Shown one piece after another: positions 56,162 to 64,000 of a stretch of DNA of 64,000 nucleotides (within the stretch, counting starts at the first letter, position 1; each line of letters starts with the position of its first letter). Position numbers and translations under genes: made by a program. A model generated the notes under the pieces. It ran no database searches, was not told the DNA's origin, and saw nothing but the letters and a program-made list of their open reading frames with translations. This stretch comes from Eubacteriales bacterium (lineage in GTDB: Bacteria; Bacillota; Clostridia; Oscillospirales; Feifaniaceae): the NCBI GenBank assembly GCA_031549485.1, contig JAVBPR010000013.1:1007-65006 (forward strand). The letters are read 5' to 3'.

Positions 56162-58027
56162 ATGAAAAGAATTATTTCGATTTTACTGTCAATTTGCATG
56201 GTGCTTGCGCTCGCCGCGCCTGCGCTTGCGCTTGAAGAAAAAGAGCAGAGAGATGTGCTGAATTCGCTCAAAATCATGACCTATAATCCGGACGGGGATT
56301 TTGAGGGGGAATACCCGCTTTCAAGGGCGATGCTTGCGAAAATCATTATCATGATTTCGCCGTCAAGAGGCCTTGCGGCAGACACCTCAAAAACTTCGCC
56401 TTATTATGACGTGCCTTATACATATTGGGGCGCGGCTTATATCTCGCTCGCAGCAAAGGAAAAACTAATGTATGGCTACAGCGACGGCAGCTTCAGGCCG
56501 GAGCAGCAAGTCCTTTTTGAGGAGGCGGTAACCGCCGCGCTTCGCGGTCTCGGATACCAGAATTCCGATATTGTCGGCGATTACCCGAGCGGTCAGCTTT
56601 CGGTCGCGAAAAACATCGAGCTGCTTGACGATATAAATCTCAAAGCGGGCGATGTCATATACAGAAAAGATATGGCAAAGCTCATGTATAATCTTTTAAA
56701 CTGCAACACAAAGGACGGAAAGCTCTTCATTACAACGCTCGGCTATACAAGAGCGGGCAAAGAAGTTGAGCTTTCGGACGTCGAAAAAGAATATATAAAA
56801 GGGCCTTATACCTTGACGGCGCTTTCGGAGCTTTCCAATCTGCCGCTTAAAAACCCGACAGTATATCTAAACGGCAAAAGCTCAAATTTAAGCAGCTTAC
56901 AGGTCTATGACATATATTCCTACAGCGAAAGCTCAAACACTCTTTGGGCGTACCGCGAAAAGGTAACCGGCGTGCTGCAGGCGGTCTTGCCGAACAGGGA
57001 AAAACCGACGTCGATAACCGTTTCGGGAACAACCTACCAGCTTTCGACCGACAGGGTAAAAGACGCGGTCGGGCTTTCCGGAATTGAGCTCGGTTCACAC
57101 GTTACGGTCCTAAAGGACAGAGACGGTTTTGCTGCGGATGTCGTGCTTACCGAAAATATATACAGCGAGCGCATCGGTGTCATTATTTCTTTCGGAACAA
57201 ACGGGGTGAAAAGCGATTATCTCGATATCGGGGATTACGCGAATATCTTGCTGCTTGACGGAAGCGTCATATCGGTCAGCACTTCAAAAATCGATAATGA
57301 CAAGATAGGAAAACCTGCGGTTGTAACTTTTTCCTCGGGAAAAATTTCTTATGAAATCGCAGAGAAATATACCGGGGATGTCGAGGGCAAGGTTTATGCG
57401 GAAGCGCGTAAAATCGGCGATAATTCGATAAGCGAAGAATGCAAAATTTATGAAACCGATAAATACGGAAACTACGCGGAAGTAAATATTTTACGGCTAA
57501 GCGGAGCTACACTTAGAAAAACCGACATCCTGCTTGTCACAAAATCAGGCGGGAAGATTGACGGAATTATTTTAAACGACTTTACAGGCGACCTTGCAAA
57601 ATTCGGTTATATTAAGGCGTCAAACGAGGTTTCGTCGCCCCTTAGCGGAGCGGTAACCGGATATTACACCATCGATGTGGCGGGCGCTACAAGCAGCATT
57701 GTCACTTCTAACGTCATATACAATTTGAAAGTCGCTCCCGCGCTTTACAGATATGAAAACGGGAAAATCGCTTATATAAAAAATCTCTACAGAATAAGCG
57801 GAAATATAAAATCGGCAAGCCCGCTGACCGTCACAGACGAGAGCGGAAACAGCTATCTTTTAGCCGATGATGTGCTTGTTTACGACCTCTCCGCAGGGGA
57901 AGCCGAAGCGAGGATTTCAAATATCGACACCCTGATTTCGGGAATCGGGAATTATAAAAATATTTCCGCTTATTACGACAAGGCTGAAAGCCAGGGCGGA
58001 AGAATACGGGTTATTTGTTTTCGTTAA
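56162..58027 (+). CDS. Secreted SLH-domain protein with a ~430-aa beta-rich C-terminal region of unknown function
   Basis: It has a signal peptide (..APALA/LEE) and N-terminal SLH repeats (..YPLSRAMLAKII; YYDVPYTYWGAAYISLAAKEKLMYGYSDGSFRPEQ). The ATG lies 14 nt after the permease stop, with AGGAGAG inside the permease 3' end. Confidence 0.8.
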   Translation: MKRIISILLSICMVLALAAPALALEEKEQRDVLNSLKIMTYNPDGDFEGEYPLSRAMLAKIIIMISPSRGLAADTSKTSPYYDVPYTYWGAAYISLAAKEKLMYGYSDGSFRPEQQVLFEEAVTAALRGLGYQNSDIVGDYPSGQLSVAKNIELLDDINLKAGDVIYRKDMAKLMYNLLNCNTKDGKLFITTLGYTRAGKEVELSDVEKEYIKGPYTLTALSELSNLPLKNPTVYLNGKSSNLSSLQVYDIYSYSESSNTLWAYREKVTGVLQAVLPNREKPTSITVSGTTYQLSTDRVKDAVGLSGIELGSHVTVLKDRDGFAADVVLTENIYSERIGVIISFGTNGVKSDYLDIGDYANILLLDGSVISVSTSKIDNDKIGKPAVVTFSSGKISYEIAEKYTGDVEGKVYAEARKIGDNSISEECKIYETDKYGNYAEVNILRLSGATLRKTDILLVTKSGGKIDGIILNDFTGDLAKFGYIKASNEVSSPLSGAVTGYYTIDVAGATSSIVTSNVIYNLKVAPALYRYENGKIAYIKNLYRISGNIKSASPLTVTDESGNSYLLADDVLVYDLSAGEAEARISNIDTLISGIGNYKNISAYYDKAESQGGRIRVICFR

Positions 58028-58030
58028 AAA

Positions 58031-58059
58031 GGAAGGCGCAAAACGCGCCTTCCTTTTTT
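58031..58059 (+). terminator. Rho-independent terminator
   Basis: GGAAGGCGCaaaacGCGCCTTCC followed by TTTTTT. Confidence 0.85.
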
Positions 58060-58061
58060 CT

Positions 58062-58090
58062 TTGCATTAAGAAAATATTTATAATATAAT
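58062..58090 (+). promoter_or_regulatory. Sigma-A-type promoter upstream of pyrR
   Basis: TTGCAT, a 17-nt spacer, then TATAAT, 40 nt upstream of the pyrR ATG. Confidence 0.6.
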
Positions 58091-58130
58091 TATAATAATT
58101 GTGAAAAGATTCATAAAGGAGGGCGTGAAA

Positions 58131-58667
58131 ATGGACTTTGTGATAAAAGCGGAAATTATGGATGAGCAGGCGATAAAACGCGCAATTGCTCGAATTTGTT
58201 TTGAGCTGATAGAGAAAAACAAAGGGATAAAAGACCTTTGCATAATCGGCGTTCTCAGAAGAGGCGCGGATATCGCAAAACTTATAGAGGAAAAACTTTT
58301 TGAAATCGAGGGAACAAAGCCGAACTTCGGCGTGGTCGATATCGGGCGTTACCGCGACGACAAAAAGGTTGTAAAATCCCAGGGCGGCACAAAGATTGAT
58401 TTTGATATCAACGACAAAACCGTTTTGCTTGTCGATGATGTCATGTATACCGGACGCACGGTCAGAGCGGCTATCGACGCGATTATGGATAGCGGTCGCC
58501 CGAAAAATATTCTTCTCGCCGCGCTTATTGACAGAGGGCATAGGGAATTGCCGTTTAGTCCGGATTTTGTCGGCAAAACGGTGCCGACTTCGAGAACCGA
58601 ACAGGTCAAAGTATATACCCCGAAATACGATGATGATTTTAAGGTTGTTATAGGAGATTTGGTTTGA
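58131..58667 (+). CDS. pyrR: Bifunctional pyrimidine operon regulator / uracil phosphoribosyltransferase PyrR
   Basis: VLLVDDVMYTGRTVRAA PRPP motif and ..LIDRGHRELP are the PyrR signature. ATG after AAGGAGGG. Confidence 0.92.
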   Translation: MDFVIKAEIMDEQAIKRAIARICFELIEKNKGIKDLCIIGVLRRGADIAKLIEEKLFEIEGTKPNFGVVDIGRYRDDKKVVKSQGGTKIDFDINDKTVLLVDDVMYTGRTVRAAIDAIMDSGRPKNILLAALIDRGHRELPFSPDFVGKTVPTSRTEQVKVYTPKYDDDFKVVIGDLV

Positions 58668-59917
58668 TTATCAAAGGCATAAAAATTGTTAATCCCGATG
58701 AAAAGCCATTTGTGGCGGATATATTTATCGAAAACGGAATTATAAAGGACATCGGTACTTTTGATTTTGCGGATTCCGCCATAATCGACGGGACCGGCCT
58801 TTGCGCTTCGCCGGGATTTATTGATATCCACTGCCACCTGCGCGATCCGGGGTTTACCTATAAAGAAGATATTGTTTCAGGCGCAAAAGCTGCCGCAGCA
58901 GGGGGGTTTACGACAATTTGCTGTATGCCGAACACCGCTCCGGCACTCGATAGCGCAGAGCAGATAAAATATGTCCTTGATAAAGCAAAAGATTGCAATA
59001 TAACAGTTTTGCCGATTGCCGCGGCGACAAAAGGGCTGCTTGGAACAGAGCTGACCGATTTTTCGGAGCTCCTTTGCGCCGGTGCCTGCGCCTTTTCGGA
59101 CGACGGCAGACCGATAACCGATAATTTTCTTATGAAAACGGCGATTATAAGTGCTGCAGAACATTGCGCCGCGCTTATTTCACATTGTGAAATGCTCGAC
59201 CTCTCGGCGGGCGGCGCTATAAACGAGGGCGAAATTTCGAAAAAGCTCGGCGTAAAAGGCGTTCCAGCCTCTGCCGAGGAAATTATGATTTCGCGGGATA
59301 TAATTTTGGCAGAGGAAACAGGCAGAGCTATTCATATCGCGCATGTCAGTACGGCGGCGGGCGTCAGGATGGTTAGAGATGCGAAGTCGCGCGGCGTAAA
59401 AGTCACCGCTGAAACCTGTCCCCATTATTTTGCGCTTACCGAAGAAGCTGTGCTCCAAAAAGGCGTCAATGCTAAAATGAGCCCTCCGCTTCGGCTTGAA
59501 AGTGACCGCAAAGCGGTTATCGAAGGGCTGAAAGACGGCACAATAGACGCGATTGTAACAGATCATGCGCCGCACAGCAAAGAGGAAAAAGACAGAGGGC
59601 TTGAGACGGCGCCGAACGGGATAATAGGCTTTGAAACAGCTTTTGCGCTTTCTTATGAGTATCTCGTTAAAACGGGGGAAATATCTCTTTCAAAACTTAT
59701 TTCGCTTTTGACGCTCGGCCCGGCAAAATGTCTCGGCCTTGAAAAAGGCGAAATAAAGCAGGGAGATAAAGCGGATATAGTTATTTATGATTTAAAAAGT
59801 AGCTATATTTTTGATAAATCAAGAATAAAATCCAAATCGGAAAACACGCCGTTTATCGGAGAAACCATGACCGGCGAAATCAAATTTTTAATTGCAAACG
59901 GCAGGAGTATTTTATGA
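58664..59917 (+). CDS. pyrC: Dihydroorotase
   Basis: 417 aa. PGFIDIHCHLRDPG, a later HVS motif and TDHAPH are present. TTG start overlaps the pyrR stop. Confidence 0.93.
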   Translation: MIIKGIKIVNPDEKPFVADIFIENGIIKDIGTFDFADSAIIDGTGLCASPGFIDIHCHLRDPGFTYKEDIVSGAKAAAAGGFTTICCMPNTAPALDSAEQIKYVLDKAKDCNITVLPIAAATKGLLGTELTDFSELLCAGACAFSDDGRPITDNFLMKTAIISAAEHCAALISHCEMLDLSAGGAINEGEISKKLGVKGVPASAEEIMISRDIILAEETGRAIHIAHVSTAAGVRMVRDAKSRGVKVTAETCPHYFALTEEAVLQKGVNAKMSPPLRLESDRKAVIEGLKDGTIDAIVTDHAPHSKEEKDRGLETAPNGIIGFETAFALSYEYLVKTGEISLSKLISLLTLGPAKCLGLEKGEIKQGDKADIVIYDLKSSYIFDKSRIKSKSENTPFIGETMTGEIKFLIANGRSIL

Positions 59918-60843
59918 GCATTGATATTTTGTGTGAAAAGATAATAAAAAAGCAAAATCCGACCGTCCTTGGTCTTGATCCGTTGCTTTCATACATACCG
60001 GAAAGCATTTTAGAAAACGCAAAAGCCGGGAATAAAAATCTTTTTGAGGCGGCGGCAGACGCGATTTTTCAGTTTAATAAGGGGCTTATTGACGCAACCT
60101 GTGAAATCATTCCCGCTGTTAAGCCGCAAGCGGCATATTATGAGCTTTACGGGCCCGAGGGGATGGCGGCATATAAAAAGACGATTGGTTACGCGAAGGA
60201 AAAAGGGCTATATGTCATCGCCGATGTAAAGCGCGGAGATATCGGGAGCACCGCCGCCGCTTACGCAAAAGCGTATCTTGGCAAAACCGAGCTTTTCGGC
60301 GAGAGCGAAAGCGCGTTTGATTGTGACTGCTGCACCGTTTCGCCTTATCTCGGCAGTGACGGAATTATTCCTTTTATCGATATTTGCAAAGAAGAGAATA
60401 AATCGATATTCATGCTTGTAAAAACGAGCAACGATTCATCGGGCGAGCTTCAGGATTTGAGCGCGGACGGGCAGAGTATTTATAAAAAAATGGCGGTTCT
60501 TGCCGAAAAGCTCGGGGAAGGAACAACCGGCAAATACGGTTATTCCGCTTGTGGTGCGGTTGTCGGCGCAACATATCCGGCGCAGCTTCGCGAACTTCGG
60601 TCATTTGCGCCGCACACGTTTTTCCTAGTGCCGGGATATGGCGCGCAGGGCGCGGGCGCGTCCGATGTCGCGGGCGGTTTTGACAGCCGCGGACTTGGCG
60701 CGATTGTCAACTCTTCAAGGGGAATAATTTGCGCTTATAAAGCTGCCGGAATGTCGGCGGAGAATTACAAGGAAGCGGCGGCCGGCGAAGCTGAAAATAT
60801 GAAAAAAGCGCTTCTTGGTGCGGTCGGCGGAAAAATAGGCTAA
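59914..60843 (+). CDS. pyrF: Orotidine 5'-phosphate decarboxylase (long, type 2)
   Basis: 309 aa. GLDP.., ADVKRGDIGSTA and the C-terminal GR..I pattern fit type 2 PyrF. Confidence 0.9.
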   Translation: MSIDILCEKIIKKQNPTVLGLDPLLSYIPESILENAKAGNKNLFEAAADAIFQFNKGLIDATCEIIPAVKPQAAYYELYGPEGMAAYKKTIGYAKEKGLYVIADVKRGDIGSTAAAYAKAYLGKTELFGESESAFDCDCCTVSPYLGSDGIIPFIDICKEENKSIFMLVKTSNDSSGELQDLSADGQSIYKKMAVLAEKLGEGTTGKYGYSACGAVVGATYPAQLRELRSFAPHTFFLVPGYGAQGAGASDVAGGFDSRGLGAIVNSSRGIICAYKAAGMSAENYKEAAAGEAENMKKALLGAVGGKIG

Positions 60844-60869
60844 AAATCCAAAAAGGTTAAGGGAAGAAA

Positions 60870-61628
60870 ATGTATCACGGAGAATATGAAATAGTCGGCA
60901 ACAGCGAAATAGCCCCCGGCATTTTTAAAATGACTATATCGGCAAAAGATATTGCGAAATCGGCGCGGCCCGGTCAGTTTATCAATATTTCCTGCGGAGA
61001 GGCGCGGATTCTCGCAAGGCCGATAAGCATTTGCGATATAGAGGGCGAAAATGTTGTTGTTATTTATCAGGTAAAAGGCAAGGGAACAGCATTTTTAAGC
61101 AAGCTGAAAATAGGCCAGCGCGTTTATGCGGTCGGTCCGCTCGGCGGGCGCGGATTTTCGGTAAAAGAGGGGCGAAAAACCCTTCTTATCGGCGGTGGAA
61201 TCGGTGTTTTCCCGCTTTTATATGCGGCAAAAGCATGCGGCAAATCCGCCGTTTCGGCGCTCGGGTTTCGAAGCGCCGCGCAATGCGTTTTAGTGGAAGA
61301 ATTCGAAAGCATATGCGGGGAGGCGCTTATTGTCTCGGATGACGGCTCGGTGGGGGAAAAGGCTTTTGCTACCGACGCTGCCCGCAAACTTATCGAAAAA
61401 GAAAAGCCGGAGATTATTCTTGCCTGCGGACCGCTTCCGATGCTAAAAGAAGCGGCAAAACTCGGTAAAGAATACGGCATAAAAACCGAAGTTTCGCTCG
61501 AAGAGCGAATGGGTTGCGGAATCGGCGCGTGCCTTGTTTGCGCATGCAAAACGGTTAAAGACGGAGAGGAAATATACAGGCACGTCTGTAAGGACGGACC
61601 GATTTTTGACGCGGAGGTGATTTTTTGA
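60870..61628 (+). CDS. pyrK: Dihydroorotate dehydrogenase electron-transfer subunit
   Basis: 252 aa. RPISI FAD motif, GGGIG, and a C-terminal CGIGACLVC..C 2Fe-2S motif are present. Confidence 0.92.
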   Translation: MYHGEYEIVGNSEIAPGIFKMTISAKDIAKSARPGQFINISCGEARILARPISICDIEGENVVVIYQVKGKGTAFLSKLKIGQRVYAVGPLGGRGFSVKEGRKTLLIGGGIGVFPLLYAAKACGKSAVSALGFRSAAQCVLVEEFESICGEALIVSDDGSVGEKAFATDAARKLIEKEKPEIILACGPLPMLKEAAKLGKEYGIKTEVSLEERMGCGIGACLVCACKTVKDGEEIYRHVCKDGPIFDAEVIF

Positions 61629-62530
61629 TTACAGCGGTTGAAATTGCCGGCGTAAAATTCAAAAATCCGGTTTTGACAGCTTCGGGAACATTCGGGTTTG
61701 GCAGGGAATATGCTGAGTTTTACGACCTTTCGAAGCTCGGCGGAATCATGGTAAAAGGGCTCACTTTAAAGCCGAGAAACGGAAATAACGCCCCGAGAAT
61801 TGCCGAAACTCCGGCGGGAATCCTCAATAGCGTAGGACTTCAAAACCCCGGCATTGATGCGTTCATCGCCGAGGAAGTTCCGTTTTTAAGGCAGTTTGAT
61901 CTCAATATTATCGCAAATATAGCGGGAAATACAATCGAAGAATACTGCGAAATGGCCGAGAAAATCGGCAAAAACGCTGATATGATCGAGATGAATATCT
62001 CATGTCCTAATGTAAAAGAGGGCGGGGTCGCTTTCGGAACGGTTGCCTCAACCGTTTTTGAAATAACGCAGAGGGTAAAAAAATGCGCAAAAATCCCTCT
62101 GATTGTCAAGCTTTCGCCAAATGTCACCGACATTACCGAAATGGCAAAAGCAGCGCAGTCGGGCGGCGCGGACGCAATTTCGCTTATCAATACTCTGCTC
62201 GGTATGCGGATCGATATAAAAACGGCAAAACCGATTTTGGCAAATAATGTCGGCGGTCTTTCCGGCCCCGCGGTTTTCCCGGTTGCACTTCGGATGGTTT
62301 GGCAGGCGGCAAGCGCTGTTAAAATCCCGATAATCGGCATGGGCGGCGTTTCTTCCTGCGAGGATTTGATAGAGATGATGCAGGCGGGAGCAAGCGCGGT
62401 GGCAATAGGTACCGCGAACTTCGGAAAACCTACCGCTTCCGCGGATATCGCGGAGGAAATTCCAAAATATATGCGGGAAAACGGTATCGGCAATGTTAAT
62501 GATATAATAGGCATAGTAAAAACAAATTAG
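61625..62530 (+). CDS. pyrD: Dihydroorotate dehydrogenase 1B catalytic subunit
   Basis: 301 aa. NPVLTASGTFG, NISCPN, GGLSGP and GMGG motifs are present. TTG start lies 6 nt after GGAGGTGA and overlaps the pyrK stop. Confidence 0.93.
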   Translation: MITAVEIAGVKFKNPVLTASGTFGFGREYAEFYDLSKLGGIMVKGLTLKPRNGNNAPRIAETPAGILNSVGLQNPGIDAFIAEEVPFLRQFDLNIIANIAGNTIEEYCEMAEKIGKNADMIEMNISCPNVKEGGVAFGTVASTVFEITQRVKKCAKIPLIVKLSPNVTDITEMAKAAQSGGADAISLINTLLGMRIDIKTAKPILANNVGGLSGPAVFPVALRMVWQAASAVKIPIIGMGGVSSCEDLIEMMQAGASAVAIGTANFGKPTASADIAEEIPKYMRENGIGNVNDIIGIVKTN

Positions 62531-62539
62531 GGGAAATGA

Positions 62540-63157
62540 ATGATAACAATTTATCTTATTCGCCACGGCGAGGCCGAGGGGAATGCGCTTGGAAGGTTTC
62601 AAGGGCATACAGACGGCGATTTGACCGAGAAAGGCATAATTCAGGCGAAAAAACTCGGGGAGAGAATGCGCGAAAAAAATCTGCATAAAATATACTCGTC
62701 CGATTTAAAACGAGCATATGAAACCGCGCTTGCAATAAGCGATAACGGAAGAATACCGGTTGAAGCTATGCAAAGTCTTCGGGAAATCAACGCTGGAGAG
62801 TGGGAAAACAAATCTTTTTTAGAGCTTGAAAGCGCACAGCCAGAGCTTTTTCAGCAGTTTATGCAGGCACCGCATCTTTTTCTTATTCCTGGCGGCGAAA
62901 GCTATATCGACCTGCGCGCACGGGCGGTTGATGCATTTAAAGAAATTGTCGCGGAAAACAAGGGAAAAAGAATCGCGATTGTCTCGCATGGCGCCTTTAT
63001 CCGAACTCTGGTCGGTTATATTAAAGGTCTTTCGCTTACAAGCCTTGGCGAACTCGGATTTTGCAATAACACCGCGGTAACAAAAATTATCGGCGACGAT
63101 GACGGACAGTATGAAGTTCGGTATTTATATGACGACGCGCACTGTAAAGGCATATAA
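62540..63157 (+). CDS. Histidine phosphatase (phosphoglycerate mutase) family protein
   Basis: 205 aa. RHGE catalytic motif at the N-terminus, plus a downstream SHG. Confidence 0.85.
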   Translation: MITIYLIRHGEAEGNALGRFQGHTDGDLTEKGIIQAKKLGERMREKNLHKIYSSDLKRAYETALAISDNGRIPVEAMQSLREINAGEWENKSFLELESAQPELFQQFMQAPHLFLIPGGESYIDLRARAVDAFKEIVAENKGKRIAIVSHGAFIRTLVGYIKGLSLTSLGELGFCNNTAVTKIIGDDDGQYEVRYLYDDAHCKGI

Positions 63158-63199
63158 CTTGACAATAACCGCAAAAAGCGGAAATATAAGGAGAATAAA

Positions 63200-63478
63200 A
63201 TGAGCGAAGAATTAAACGAAAACATTATCAGCCTTGAGGACGAAAACGGTCAGGAACAGGACTTCGAGCATATCGATACTCTCGAGCTTGACGGCGAAAC
63301 ATATGTCGCGCTTGTTCCTGTTGACGAGTCCGAGGAAGGCGAGCTTATCGTATTAAAAATTGTGGGCGATGAAGACGGCGAAGAAGTTCTTTCGTCTATC
63401 GACGATGATGCCGAATATAATCGTGTGGTTGAGAAATTTACCGAGCGTCTTTCGGAAGACTACGATATAGTCCAGTAA
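63200..63478 (+). CDS. DUF1292 family acidic protein
   Basis: 92 aa and very acidic. DENGQEQDFEHIDTLELDGETYVALVP is the typical DUF1292 core. Confidence 0.75.
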   Translation: MSEELNENIISLEDENGQEQDFEHIDTLELDGETYVALVPVDESEEGELIVLKIVGDEDGEEVLSSIDDDAEYNRVVEKFTERLSEDYDIVQ

Positions 63479-63480
63479 AA

Positions 63481-63517
63481 AGAAAGCACCGCTTTTGCGG
63501 TGCTTCTTTTATTTTTT
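63481..63517 (+). terminator. Rho-independent terminator
   Basis: AGAAAGCACCGCttttGCGGTGCTTCT followed by a T-rich run. Confidence 0.85.
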
Positions 63518-63580
63518 GCCTATTCTTCTTGCCTATATTATTAAAAAGATATAATATATATTAATAAAACTTTAAGGGGC

Positions 63581-64000
63581 ATGCGGAAAGTGCAGGAAAC
63601 GGGAAAGATAATTAAAAAAATAATCGACCGCGAATTTGCGCATCTAAACGGCGCGCAAAAAGAGGCGGTTTTCAATACATACGGTCCGATGCTGATATTG
63701 GCCGGCGCGGGAAGCGGGAAAACTACCGTTTTGGTAAATAAAATCGCTTATATGATTAAATACGGCAACGCATATAATCACGACGGTGAGAGGAGCTTTT
63801 CTCCTGATGAAATCGCTTTTTTAGAGCAATATGCCGAAAGCGGCGGCAATGAGTGCGAAGGCGAAAAAGCTGCTTCGATTATGAGAATAAATACTATTGC
63901 GCCGTGGAGCATTCTCGCGATTACTTTTACAAACAAAGCGGCAAACGAGCTAAAAGAGCGGCTTCAGAAACTTATCCCCGAAGGCGGAAGCGAAGTTTTT
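63581..64000 (+). CDS. UvrD/PcrA-type ATP-dependent DNA helicase, N-terminal part (3' end outside the window)
   Basis: Not in the ORF track because it runs off the edge. The translation has LNGAQKEAV, AGAGSGKTTVL (motif I) and ILAITFTNKAANELKERL (motif Ia). The start could be ATG 63581 or GTG 63590. Confidence 0.88.
   Translation, partial: MRKVQETGKIIKKIIDREFAHLNGAQKEAVFNTYGPMLILAGAGSGKTTVLVNKIAYMIKYGNAYNHDGERSFSPDEIAFLEQYAESGGNECEGEKAASIMRINTIAPWSILAITFTNKAANELKERLQKLIPEGGSEVF

Noticed and set aside
1-64000. CRISPR arrays, rRNA, IS elements, integrases, prophage or known defence-system genes
   Set aside because: I saw no short regularly spaced repeats, rRNA-like segments, transposase or recombinase motifs, or nuclease/helicase defence signatures. 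The only long repeat is the 110-bp pair flanking the islet.

Overview
This 64-kb window looks like chromosomal DNA from a spore-forming anaerobic Firmicute. The Clostridia-type assignment is an inference from gene content: sigK, sigH, an Rnf complex, an electron-bifurcating [FeFe]-hydrogenase and SLH-domain wall proteins. Most of the window is densely packed core metabolism. In order it holds: a pduL 3' end, an ATP-grasp gene and a SLOG gene; rnfCDGEAB; purE-purM-purN-purH-purD-purA-pyrG; ogt and tRNA-Gln; a lipid cluster (glycosyltransferase, plsY); sigK; a class A PBP; tRNA-Ser; an LCP gene; sigH; trmK, a Nif3-family gene and rqcH; guaA; rsgA; serA and serC; a 10-gene hydrogenase locus; a MacAB-type ABC exporter with an SLH protein; pyrR-pyrC-pyrF-pyrK-pyrD; and the 5' end of a UvrD/PcrA helicase. 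I saw no rRNA, CRISPR array, transposase, integrase or phage gene. Four things deserve a second look. (1) A five-gene, translationally coupled operon (DRTGG / anti-sigma-type kinase / HydS-like sensory [FeFe]-hydrogenase / DRTGG / PHP phosphoesterase) sits directly upstream of the hydC-(HK-like)-hydD-hydB-hydA operon; its signalling output is not evident. (2) A 1.8-kb AT-rich two-gene islet lies between rsgA and serA, bracketed by a 110-bp direct repeat (3 mismatches) that duplicates the whole convergent intergenic terminator. (3) guaA carries an in-frame loss of the glutamine-amidotransferase catalytic core. (4) The MacA-MacB operon ends in a co-transcribed SLH wall-anchored protein. All functional calls rest on motif recognition by eye; no database search was possible.
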